A DNA stretch of 33,974 nt from a virus (lineage: Duplodnaviria; Caudoviricetes). Shown piece by piece: positions 1 to 9,366 of this stretch (position 1 is the stretch's first letter; each line of letters begins with the position of its first letter). The notes under the pieces are model-generated. The model was given only the letters and a program-made list of their open reading frames with translations, had not been told where the DNA came from and made no database searches. The stretch lies in IMG/VR virus record IMGVR_UViG_3300025103_000076, positions 1-33,974 of that record; one strand, 5' to 3'. The position numbers and the translations under genes were made by a program.

Positions 1-437
1 GCTTGTTGTGCAGCTTGAGCACCTTGAGCTCTTAATCTTGTATTTTGTGCCTCTTGTTTTTCTATTGTAGCTGCAACACCTTTTTTACTTCTTAAAGCAG
101 CTTGTGCTAAAGCAGTTGCACCACCAGCACCAGCTCCAGTAGCTCTTAATGTATCTAATGTATTAGCTAAACTAATATCAGCTTCTTCTGCTTGCATTTC
201 TGCAGCACCTGTCGCTACTGATAAATTTGAGAATTGATTCTGTATCATGCCTGATCTATCGACTATTTGATCTGCAGGATTTATAATATCTTGTCTATTG
301 CCTACTAATCTCTTAAGTTGCCCTCGTAATTTTTTCGCCTGACGTCTAGCTCTTCTAGCAGCTTTTGCCGCACCAATACCCTGGACTATTCCTCCAATTG
401 CTGACGTCGCTGCTCCAATTATTGCTCCTATTGCCAT
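1..437 (-). CDS. Putative internal virion/ejection (cargo) protein, 3' end runs off the window
   Basis: Not in the ORF track. ATG at 437 gives MAIGAIIGAATSAIGGIVQGIGAAKAARRARRQAKKLRGQL...GAGAGGATALAQAALRSKKGVAATIEKQEAQN, open to the window edge. A Gly/Ala hydrophobic N-terminus followed by Ala/Gln helical sequence, placed after the tail genes, is typical of podovirus ejection proteins. Confidence 0.65.
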   Translation of the reverse strand, partial: MAIGAIIGAATSAIGGIVQGIGAAKAARRARRQAKKLRGQLKRLVGNRQDIINPADQIVDRSGMIQNQFSNLSVATGAAEMQAEEADISLANTLDTLRATGAGAGGATALAQAALRSKKGVAATIEKQEAQNTRLRAQGAQAAQQ

Positions 438-447
438 ATTTTTTAAT

Positions 448-1851
448 TTATTTTGATGATATATTTATTTCATTAGAGATACCGAATAACTCTGCTCTTT
501 CTTCATTAGAGATAGTTGTAGGTTCATAGTACTGTATTTCAAATTCAGCGTGATAACCTTTTATACCACTTGTTGTATTGAAAATGTTTCTATTAAAGTC
601 TGCTGTATAATCAGCTACAGCAAAAGGTTCGTCCTGTATAAGTTCTCTGTAATATTTACTTTCTTTTAGCTTAAAACCAATATCTTTTGCAGCACCAGTT
701 TCATCTATTATAGTCACACCTTTTTTAGGTATTTTATATGCTTGTTCAAATTGACGAGGATTTAAAGCATCTTGTTTAAAAACATTCTCTGCTCTCCCTG
801 TTTCCATTTCCCAACCTTCTGTTCCTTCGTAACTTAACGTATGGAATGTTTTTATACTACCTGGTGCATCGTTCATTATAATTTTAACATACGAAGGATC
901 TTTAGATGTCCAACCATAGAATCTATTGTATTCAGCTTCTGGATCATAATGTCTCCATATATATCTATTACTAAATGTGTAAAAATGGTTTGTTAAACTT
1001 AATCCGAAACTTGGTTTATAAGAATATAAAGAAACCCAACCTTTTGATCCTTCTGAAAAACCAAGTGTTGCAAAACCTGTATCAGTTTGGATAACTCCAT
1101 ATTCATCAGTTTTCTTACCAACACTAATGTTAGAGTTTTGAAGAGATACTATGTATTGATCGTGTTTTTCGTCATACATTCCAAAAATTCTGTTAGTACC
1201 ACTACCAGTTGTACCACCTATAAAGTTAGGTTCAGAAGCGACTAATGCTAAATTATCTCTAAAAAAGTCCTTCATTCCATACATAGATATAGGTGTGACA
1301 CCATCTCTAGTTAATCTACATATAACACCTCTATTTTTATCAGCAAAGTATTTTCTTCCACCATGAAAAGCAAAACTCTCAGGATTCTTACTTATACCAT
1401 ATTTACCTAAGTAAGGTATAACTTGTCCTATAACTTTTGCACCAGCTGTAGTTAATGCTTGTCCTTCAGCTGTATAAATAGCGTCTTTATCTATAAGAGC
1501 TCTACTAACTTTATTTTCTTGAAATATATTTATATTTGTATCTTCTGCATGTAATTTCTGTATATTACCATTAGCAATATCAACAGCTCTAGTTATTGCA
1601 CTACCAATAGGAAATTCATTTGTTTTATTTACTTTTGTTTTAGAATTATATATTCCAGAATACATCATAGCATTACCTCTTCGTCTAGGACCATATTCTT
1701 CATCTGTAGTATATGCTTTAACACCAAAATCAACTGATGTTTCATTATATCCACCTCGTATTCTAGCTTCTTCTACATGCCAATCTCCCCATCTAACTCC
1801 ACCAGCTAGTATAAAACAATTATAATACGCTATTTCTATTGGTTGTGCCAT
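448..1851 (-). CDS. Tail stabilization/muzzle protein, C-terminal part (beta-propeller-like)
   Basis: Motifs IQKLHAEDTNINIFQENKVSRALIDKDAIY, YGISKNPESFA and YFADKNRGVICRLTRDGVTPIS resemble crAss-like muzzle / P22 gp10-like stabilization proteins; position fits. Confidence 0.7.
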   Translation of the reverse strand: MAQPIEIAYYNCFILAGGVRWGDWHVEEARIRGGYNETSVDFGVKAYTTDEEYGPRRRGNAMMYSGIYNSKTKVNKTNEFPIGSAITRAVDIANGNIQKLHAEDTNINIFQENKVSRALIDKDAIYTAEGQALTTAGAKVIGQVIPYLGKYGISKNPESFAFHGGRKYFADKNRGVICRLTRDGVTPISMYGMKDFFRDNLALVASEPNFIGGTTGSGTNRIFGMYDEKHDQYIVSLQNSNISVGKKTDEYGVIQTDTGFATLGFSEGSKGWVSLYSYKPSFGLSLTNHFYTFSNRYIWRHYDPEAEYNRFYGWTSKDPSYVKIIMNDAPGSIKTFHTLSYEGTEGWEMETGRAENVFKQDALNPRQFEQAYKIPKKGVTIIDETGAAKDIGFKLKESKYYRELIQDEPFAVADYTADFNRNIFNTTSGIKGYHAEFEIQYYEPTTISNEERAELFGISNEINISSK

Positions 1852-2356
1852 CTATAAAATCTTTTATTTTTATATATTTATTTTTATATTCTTTACTTTT
1901 TAATATTTTTTTTCCAGGTTCTTTATAACTAGTTTCAAATAAACCTTTGAATATTTCTTTTCCACCATAGTTATGTGTGTATGTTTTTGGAACTAAATCT
2001 CCTCTAGTTATTTTAATTTCATTAAAGTCTCTAATTTTAACTAAAGGTTTGTATTTACCATCAGGAAAAGGATCTAATACATCAGACCAAAACATATCTA
2101 TTAGTAAACCATCTTTTAAACCTATTAGTTTAGCTAAATTTAATATTAATCTTAATTTTTTATTAATATTACCTTGTATTATTATATCTATATCTTTGGT
2201 ATCTTTTTTATTAATAAATCCACCAACTAAATAATATTCATAATCATGTACATTAAACAAACTAAACATTTCCCACCACTTTAAAAATAACTCAGTAGTT
2301 GGTTTAACCCATCTTTTATCAAATACTACACCATTGTCATATTCTCTCTTAGCCAT
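1820..2356 (-). CDS. Putative nucleotidyltransferase (Pol-beta fold)
   Basis: YYLVGGFINKKDTKDIDIII approximates the hG[GS]x(n)DhDh motif, and LLIDMF supplies a candidate third Asp. Very AT-rich; overlaps the next gene by 32 nt. Confidence 0.55.
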   Translation of the reverse strand: MAKREYDNGVVFDKRWVKPTTELFLKWWEMFSLFNVHDYEYYLVGGFINKKDTKDIDIIIQGNINKKLRLILNLAKLIGLKDGLLIDMFWSDVLDPFPDGKYKPLVKIRDFNEIKITRGDLVPKTYTHNYGGKEIFKGLFETSYKEPGKKILKSKEYKNKYIKIKDFIDGTTNRNSVL

Positions 2357-2365
2357 TTTAATTAT

Positions 2366-5300
2366 CTATCCTGGAGATTCTCTATCGTCGCATTCTTCTA
2401 TTTCAGTTACCGATGTTACTGATCCACTACTATTAATTTGTACACACCAGAATCCAGGTGATACCGCGGCGGTTTGATATAAATAAAAACCAGCAGAGGC
2501 AAAAGTTGTTAATGTTGAATTTGTATAAACTAAATTACCTACATGAACTCTTAATTCACTATTATCAACAGTTGGATATACTGTTCCTGTACCAACTGTC
2601 GCATAAAATATACTTTGAGCTTCTTGACAAGCATCACATTCACTAGGACCGCAAACTGTTAAAGCACCTGTTTCAGATGTTATACCTTCAGCTATTGTTA
2701 GATTCATAGTTGTAGTATTATTACTAGCCATACCATCATTTACTGTTATTGTCATTACTCTATTACTAGCTGTCGAATCTATAAAGAAAGATTGAGCATT
2801 TGATTGCGTCCAACTAGATGTTGTTTTAACAGTCATAGTGTTACCAGAAATAGTTACCAGAAAATAAGTATTATATGCTGAACTTCCCATAGCCCAAGTA
2901 ACTGTCATAGAACCGTTACTAGCACCATAATGATTTTCATTAGTTAAACTAGATCCATTTGTTACATTGCTATCTGTATACACAGTTACATTACTTCCAG
3001 CAGTTGGAGAAAGACTAGCACTAGTAGAAGAAGTGGTAAATGTTGGTACAGATGGTGTTACTGTATATGCTTGAGATGGGTATATAGATCCTGAATTTGG
3101 ATCATTTATTTGAAAATTAACATTCACAGTATCACGACTTGAACCTCCTCCATGATGTCTAAAACCTCCAGTTGCGGTTAATACTCCAGTAGAAGAGTTA
3201 ACTGCAATTTTACCTGAAACATCAGTTGAATCTCCAAGCGTAGCACCTGTAACACTGAAAGATAAATTATCAGGAGATGCATTATCATCAGCGTCAATAG
3301 TAGCAATAGTTCCTCCTATTGAAGTTCCTTCTGGAAAAGAAGTTGCACTTGATGTAAAATTGTCTGGTGCATTAACTACAGCTGAGGTATCACTTAATTC
3401 TTCATTTAAATCTTCAACTAATCCACAAGTGCCAGTTTCATAATATATATCTATATTAGATTTAAAAGGTTCTGTTTCAAAAACGGATAAACCTTCATAA
3501 GATCTAGTAAGTAATAACCTATCACCTAACGTAAGAGTTTGTAGACTACTCATTGTTATTAAGTTGTTATTTGCACCCGAAGCATAATCTAAAACTTTTA
3601 CTGTTTTATTATCTGAACGAAAAGCTAAATTTGTAGCATTAACAGAATAACCATTAAAATCATCATTACTTCCTATAGCTGAATTATTCGACTCCATGTC
3701 AGTAGCAATTTTAACTTCATCAGATTTATCAGTAGTAGTATGAACATAATATTCTGATATAGTACTGTTACCAGTACCAGAAGCGTGATATACTTTTAAA
3801 TTAGGTAATTCTGCTATTAAAGGGTTTCTATCTTTACTGTATATAAAGTTATATATACTAAAACCACCAGTACCAGAAGCATTATCATCTCCAGACATGT
3901 ATAAATTTTGTTCAAATGCATCACCTAACGTTATTACCTCACCTGGTTCGTGCAATTGAGCGTTTTGAATAGAAGCTCCACTTGTACTAAAAACTACTTT
4001 AGGATATAATCTTTCTTCAGATCCCATCACACCTTTTCTATTAAGATCTGTATCATTAATAGATCTTGGCACTTTATTTATATTATCTCCATATAAACTT
4101 AAAAAACTTTTTCCACCATCTCTACTTGTATTACTTTCATCTTCTATATTATCCCAACCATCAAAAGGATGTGAAGCGTAAATATTATAATAATCTTGTT
4201 CAGATTGTTTAACAACAATTTTATATGAATACCATCCATGTGGATTAAAAGTAGCACTAAAAGTACCATTATACATGTGTTGTAAACTTTGAAAAAGTTG
4301 TAAGTCATTAAATATTATAGCTAAACCTTCTCCATAAGCTATTTGATTTGCTGTCCAACTGTGGTGTTTAAATGACATTGGAATACCTGATAAAGCAAAC
4401 GCGGCTGATAATACAATAGTGTCAGCATCAGTTATACTAGCTACTGTTGTTCCAGTTGTTATACCAGATCCAACAACTTCCATACCTACCGCTATATTAG
4501 TATTGTCTGCGGTTAAAGTTACTGTTGTTGAAGTTCCACTTGTACTACCCGTAGCTGTTGTTATAACAGTATCTGAATAATCTGATGTAACAGGTGATGT
4601 TGTTATAGTGTCTGCGTCATTAGCTGTAGATGATGATAATACAACTGGAGATTGTCTACCATATTTATCCGCAAATACCATACCTACTTGATATGTTCTT
4701 CTTTGTTTAATAGAATGGAACTTATAAGCATTAAATGTTTTTTGTATTAAACCGTGGGTTTGACCAAATTCTTGATCGCCTTTACTATCCACACCTAACG
4801 TATAATCGATACCTCTTTTACCAGCTTGATCTTTTGGAAATTGATAATTTTCAACATAATTAGCTAATATAACTCTATTACCAACTATATCTAAAGCTTT
4901 TGCCATAAGAGGAACTTGATCGTAAACTCTTATTAATTGATCTTCTGGTAAAACCTTAATAGGTTGTTCAGATTTATAAACATATTTTAAAGTTTGTCTC
5001 TTATAAGTATCAGCAGTAGACGATGGTTTTATGGAATACCAATCAAAATCAGAATTAGTCATCTCTGATACTTTTATACTCTTAACAGATCTAATGGCTA
5101 AACCATCAGATTCTTTAATTAATATTTCTACTGAATCAATTTTGTAATCATTAGCATAAGCACCAAAACTAGGATTAAAACTTGCGTCTCTTTCATCTAA
5201 GTTAGGCATAGGTATTCTTAAAACAACTTTATTAATAGCATTTTGCATTAAATCAACAGTTGTCTTTCTATAAACACTATGTTTTGATACATCTATCGTT

Positions 5301-6214
5301 GGTTGATTAGCCATCGCGTTTGCAGTATCTTCAGTGTCTGATATTGCGCCATTGTTTAATGGTTCGAAAACAATCTGTGTAAATGGTGCCATAATTGAAT
5401 ATTCACCATCTTCAAACTTATATCTATATGAGAACCTAATAAACTTATCTCTCATATATTCAGATTTTATACTACCATTTGTTTTATCGGTTATTACATC
5501 ATCAGTAGCTTCATCATCTTCAGCCCAATAACCACTTCTATTAAGTAATTGTACTGGAGAATAAGGAGCATACTTTGCTAAACTAATCTGTTCTTCACAC
5601 GTGTAATAATTCGCTGTTGCTTTTGCTTTGGCTATATTTATCTTTCTAGGTTGATTATAGTTATCTGTCCAGTATAATAAATCATCTATAACTTGTGCGC
5701 CTGTTATTAAATGAGCTATACTAAAATTTAACCAAGGACCATAAGCCAATACTATTGTATTATCCTCTTGAATATCATATAGTACTATTGCACATTGATC
5801 TAATGATGGTGAAGAACCAGTTCGTGGATTAATATTATATGCTGTTCCACCAACCCAATCTGATCCAGCTCCTGCAGCTCTAGTTATAGCTCTTATATCG
5901 TCTGTTTGAGTACCAGAGAAATTAGTAACAAAATAAATTACTCTTTTATTTTTAACATCTCCTACATAACCAATTACTTCTGGTAATATACTAGTGCTAG
6001 TTGCAAAAAGAGTATTGTTACTAGCATCTTTAAGATCAGTGGCAATATTTTTAGCAATATTACCTAGTAAAATTTCTAATGCACCAGAATCGCTATCATC
6101 AGATTCAGATAAAGCCACGTTTTGGGCTTCTCTATATTCTCCTTTTTGAATAAGCCTTTCATCAAGGTCTTTATTCATCTTACCTTTGATAAAGTTGTTT
6201 TTAATTTCTGGCAT
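2366..6214 (-). CDS. Tail stabilization/muzzle protein, N-terminal part, with C-terminal cadherin/Ig-like domains
   Basis: N-terminus MPEIKNNFIKGKMNKDLDERLI..GEYREAQN, plus LYWTDNYNQPRKINI, RFSYRYKFEDGEYS and YQVGMVFADKYGRQSPV, which I recognise from crAss-like tail proteins. Confidence 0.7.
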   Translation of the reverse strand: MPEIKNNFIKGKMNKDLDERLIQKGEYREAQNVALSESDDSDSGALEILLGNIAKNIATDLKDASNNTLFATSTSILPEVIGYVGDVKNKRVIYFVTNFSGTQTDDIRAITRAAGAGSDWVGGTAYNINPRTGSSPSLDQCAIVLYDIQEDNTIVLAYGPWLNFSIAHLITGAQVIDDLLYWTDNYNQPRKINIAKAKATANYYTCEEQISLAKYAPYSPVQLLNRSGYWAEDDEATDDVITDKTNGSIKSEYMRDKFIRFSYRYKFEDGEYSIMAPFTQIVFEPLNNGAISDTEDTANAMANQPTIDVSKHSVYRKTTVDLMQNAINKVVLRIPMPNLDERDASFNPSFGAYANDYKIDSVEILIKESDGLAIRSVKSIKVSEMTNSDFDWYSIKPSSTADTYKRQTLKYVYKSEQPIKVLPEDQLIRVYDQVPLMAKALDIVGNRVILANYVENYQFPKDQAGKRGIDYTLGVDSKGDQEFGQTHGLIQKTFNAYKFHSIKQRRTYQVGMVFADKYGRQSPVVLSSSTANDADTITTSPVTSDYSDTVITTATGSTSGTSTTVTLTADNTNIAVGMEVVGSGITTGTTVASITDADTIVLSAAFALSGIPMSFKHHSWTANQIAYGEGLAIIFNDLQLFQSLQHMYNGTFSATFNPHGWYSYKIVVKQSEQDYYNIYASHPFDGWDNIEDESNTSRDGGKSFLSLYGDNINKVPRSINDTDLNRKGVMGSEERLYPKVVFSTSGASIQNAQLHEPGEVITLGDAFEQNLYMSGDDNASGTGGFSIYNFIYSKDRNPLIAELPNLKVYHASGTGNSTISEYYVHTTTDKSDEVKIATDMESNNSAIGSNDDFNGYSVNATNLAFRSDNKTVKVLDYASGANNNLITMSSLQTLTLGDRLLLTRSYEGLSVFETEPFKSNIDIYYETGTCGLVEDLNEELSDTSAVVNAPDNFTSSATSFPEGTSIGGTIATIDADDNASPDNLSFSVTGATLGDSTDVSGKIAVNSSTGVLTATGGFRHHGGGSSRDTVNVNFQINDPNSGSIYPSQAYTVTPSVPTFTTSSTSASLSPTAGSNVTVYTDSNVTNGSSLTNENHYGASNGSMTVTWAMGSSAYNTYFLVTISGNTMTVKTTSSWTQSNAQSFFIDSTASNRVMTITVNDGMASNNTTTMNLTIAEGITSETGALTVCGPSECDACQEAQSIFYATVGTGTVYPTVDNSELRVHVGNLVYTNSTLTTFASAGFYLYQTAAVSPGFWCVQINSSGSVTSVTEIEECDDRESPG

Positions 6215-6218
6215 TTAA

Positions 6219-7355
6219 TTAACTTTTTATACGTTTTGATTTACCTCTCATTACTTGAGTAAGTTCACCCAGTTTTATATTTGATAATCTTAGTTTTGCA
6301 TTACGCATCGCAGCTCTTCGATCTTTTTGAGCTCTTTGTATTTGGTATTCAGGTATATTTATTTTTGTAGACAATATACCATGATATATATATTTATATA
6401 TAGCGTCTTCAGCAAGTTTATGTACTTTCATTTCGCCATCTTGTGCTAAACCATCTGACACATACTTTATTGTTATTGTCTTACCAGACATTGAACTATC
6501 AAAACCAAATTGTCCATTTGCTTCATCTATTATAAATACACCATTAAAGTTAGCATGTTCAGGATCTGATCCAAATCTTGATGATGCTTTGTGGTATGTG
6601 TTTGATATGTAATGTGAAAATAAATAATAATCATCTGTATTACTTCTTCCAGAGAATCTATCTAATTCAAATTGACTAGTAAATCTATCTTCTGTCACAC
6701 TTGGTGTTATTGTTAGTGTATTACCATCAGAATCAAATAAATATCCACCATCACCATCTTGAGCTATAGACTCAGAAGGTCTTGATGTGTATCTTGCTGG
6801 AAATATTGGGTGTTCTACACCAGCTGAATCAACCCAAGATAATCTAATGTAATTAACATAATCTTGAGGCATTGGTATTGTTAAGCTAGGTGGAACATCA
6901 ATTTCTTGAATTTTTTCCATTCTTGATACATCATAAGCAAATTCCTGTATACCTCTTTTTGCTTGAAATAATACGTCACTTTTATTAATATTATTTAAAA
7001 CTTTACCGTTACCAGTAAAACCATACATAAAGTTTGTTACTATATCAACTAAATTTATATATCTATAATCTCCTAATGATCTATCTATAAACTCTACTAA
7101 AACTACATCACTAACAGCTAATGCTTGAACAGCTGTATCAATGGTTATATTTGGACTAGAATAAGCATAAGATGTTCTGTTTATTTCAGTTCCATTAAGG
7201 TATATTATAAAATCTGTTTCGGCTGCTGGTAAACTACTTACAGTAAGTTCATAAACACCTGCTGAACCTCCACCAGATGCTTGAGCTGTTGTGGTTACAA
7301 ATCTTTGACTACTGTTGTAATATTGTTCCGCTGTTGTTGTTCCTAATAATCCCAT
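6219..7355 (-). CDS. Tail ring/tubular structural protein
   Basis: AKRGIQEFAYD, PQDYVNYIRLSWVD and YVSDGL..VHKLAEDAIYKYI; position between capsid and muzzle genes. Confidence 0.6.
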   Translation of the reverse strand: MGLLGTTTAEQYYNSSQRFVTTTAQASGGGSAGVYELTVSSLPAAETDFIIYLNGTEINRTSYAYSSPNITIDTAVQALAVSDVVLVEFIDRSLGDYRYINLVDIVTNFMYGFTGNGKVLNNINKSDVLFQAKRGIQEFAYDVSRMEKIQEIDVPPSLTIPMPQDYVNYIRLSWVDSAGVEHPIFPARYTSRPSESIAQDGDGGYLFDSDGNTLTITPSVTEDRFTSQFELDRFSGRSNTDDYYLFSHYISNTYHKASSRFGSDPEHANFNGVFIIDEANGQFGFDSSMSGKTITIKYVSDGLAQDGEMKVHKLAEDAIYKYIYHGILSTKINIPEYQIQRAQKDRRAAMRNAKLRLSNIKLGELTQVMRGKSKRIKS

Positions 7356-7362
7356 AATTTAT

Positions 7363-8406
7363 TTATTGTTGTGCTTTTGAAATTGTGCCTGCTTGACCTA
7401 ATTGCGTTGCTGCTTGTAAAACTTGAGGATCTTTAATAACAAGACCCGAATAACCTAAAATAGTTATTATTAATTCTGTTTCATTTGATATATGTAAAGT
7501 AAAATCAGTAGAACCATCACTAGAACTACTATATAAATCACCAACTCTTAACGTTAATACAACATCATCAGCTCCAAGCCATATATTGTCTAGCGCTGGG
7601 ATTGTTATTGTATCTCCAACAGCAAAACCAGATCCTGCCGCTGTTACATTAGTAGCTGTAACTGTACTACCAGATACTGTTAATGTTATACCTACACCAG
7701 TTCCACTACCGCTTGTTGTTACGCCATTAGTGCCAATTGCTATTGCATAATCTCCATCTGTTAGTCCAATTGTTTGGTTTGTTGATATTATTCCTGTACC
7801 TTGAGATCCTAATATAACTCCGCCTGCAACAAAAGGATTCGCATCATATATATTAATACCATAATTTGCATTAACTGTATAACCCCATCTAGGATCAGGT
7901 GGAGTTTGTAAATATTGTAATCTTAAAGCACCTAAAGCCCATGCTCCATCAGTTAGAGCTGGTTCAACGACAATACTACCTGCTCGTTGATAATATACTG
8001 GAAAGAGTGTTGAGGGTGCAGTTAAGGGTGAAGATTTTAGATAAGCTAATCTATTTTTATCTATTTTCTCTAATTGAACTGTTTGATTAGTAACTGTAAG
8101 ATCAATTACTTTATATAAATCGGTTGGAAGGGTTCCAATACCGTTTGCTAGTGTTATATCTGTGTATGCGTAAAATTCATCTATTTGTTCTTGAATTTTA
8201 GCAGGTATATCAGCTATACCTTCGTTTATACGATTAAAATTATCTAAGTTTAAGAACTTATTATAATCATAAAATAACTTTTCTAATATTTCTTTTTGAC
8301 CTTGTACAGCTAAGTTATTGAATTCATAAGGTGTTAAATAACCTCTTTGTTCTTTGTTTAATATAGATAAAACAGTTTTATATACTTTGTTTACGTTAAT
8401 CGCCAT
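7363..8406 (-). CDS. Head-tail adaptor/ring structural protein
   Basis: MAINVNKVYKTVLSILNKEQRGYLTPYEFN and YLQTPPDPRWGY resemble crAss-like ring proteins; position fits. Confidence 0.6.
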   Translation of the reverse strand: MAINVNKVYKTVLSILNKEQRGYLTPYEFNNLAVQGQKEILEKLFYDYNKFLNLDNFNRINEGIADIPAKIQEQIDEFYAYTDITLANGIGTLPTDLYKVIDLTVTNQTVQLEKIDKNRLAYLKSSPLTAPSTLFPVYYQRAGSIVVEPALTDGAWALGALRLQYLQTPPDPRWGYTVNANYGINIYDANPFVAGGVILGSQGTGIISTNQTIGLTDGDYAIAIGTNGVTTSGSGTGVGITLTVSGSTVTATNVTAAGSGFAVGDTITIPALDNIWLGADDVVLTLRVGDLYSSSSDGSTDFTLHISNETELIITILGYSGLVIKDPQVLQAATQLGQAGTISKAQQ

Positions 8407-8418
8407 AATTTCTTTTTT

Positions 8419-8460
8419 TTATAGTAAGTAGTCACCTCATAGAGATGACTACCTCTATAA
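8419..8460. other. Intergenic stem-loop
   Basis: GTAGTCAcCTC-ata-GAGaTGACTAC (8428-8452) with outer TTATAG/CTATAA arms. No U-tract follows on the coding (minus) strand. Confidence 0.55.
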
Positions 8461-8466
8461 AGTTAT

Positions 8467-9291
8467 TTATTTTAGTTTTTTCTCAACTACTTGAAAAACT
8501 TCAATACCATTATCTGTTTTAAACCATGCAGCTAATGCTGAATATGGATTTTCATCAAATGGGACAGTTAATAATTTTCTGTCGTTTGAAGCCCATGTGA
8601 ACGTTCTATTATCGCTCGAAAGCTTTATAATACTTTGTTCAACTGATTTTATACCAATATTTCTAATATTAATATTTTCATCATTGACAAGTTCTAAGAA
8701 TAAATTTGGATTCTTTTGAGCAAATATCATTACATCTCGTTTAAGCTCCTTAGAAGTCATCTTAGTAACTCTATCGCCTAAGTCTGTTCTTAATATTGCT
8801 TCAACTTTATCAATTTCTAGATTTTTAGCAGCATTCATAGCGTCTAATTGTAAATCTAATGAATCAATTTCTACTTCTGCAATAGCTTCAGCGTTAAACT
8901 CGGTGTATGTTTTATTAGCTTCTGGATGATATATAGATAAAAACTTTTGTAACATTACTTGTTCTTTTTCTACATATAATTTCCCGTTTCTAAATATAAT
9001 ATGCCCAAGTCTTTGAGGACCTTTCATTTCGTCAACAAAAACTGTTTGTTGATTTCTACAATATTTTATTTCTCTTTCGTGAGCTTTTTCCTCATCAAAA
9101 TAAAATAATCCTTTTGACTTCATTATATAAACTGGTGGTATTCGTTGTAAATTCAGTTCATATAATCTATCTTTAACCTCCCATCTAGGAGATTGAGGTT
9201 GTTTAACCTCAACTTTTGGTTGTTCTACAACCTGTGGTTCTTCAACCACTTTTACTTTTGGCTTTACAGCCGTTTTTTTGGTTTTTTCCAT
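8467..9291 (-). CDS. Conserved phage protein downstream of the major capsid gene
   Basis: 274-aa ORF with an AT-rich leader; position after the MCP; function unknown. Confidence 0.6.
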   Translation of the reverse strand: MEKTKKTAVKPKVKVVEEPQVVEQPKVEVKQPQSPRWEVKDRLYELNLQRIPPVYIMKSKGLFYFDEEKAHEREIKYCRNQQTVFVDEMKGPQRLGHIIFRNGKLYVEKEQVMLQKFLSIYHPEANKTYTEFNAEAIAEVEIDSLDLQLDAMNAAKNLEIDKVEAILRTDLGDRVTKMTSKELKRDVMIFAQKNPNLFLELVNDENINIRNIGIKSVEQSIIKLSSDNRTFTWASNDRKLLTVPFDENPYSALAAWFKTDNGIEVFQVVEKKLK

Positions 9292-9317
9292 GATATAATA
9301 TAATATAAATTGTTAAT

Positions 9318-9356
9318 AAAATAAAAGCCTAGGGAGCCGAAGCTCCCTTTGCTTTT
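9318..9356 (-). terminator. Rho-independent terminator after the major capsid gene
   Basis: Minus strand AAAAGCaaAGGGAGC-TTCG-GCTCCCTagGCTTTTATTTT: GC-rich stem, C(UUCG)G tetraloop and U-rich tail. Confidence 0.85.
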
Positions 9357-9366
9357 AATATAAATG

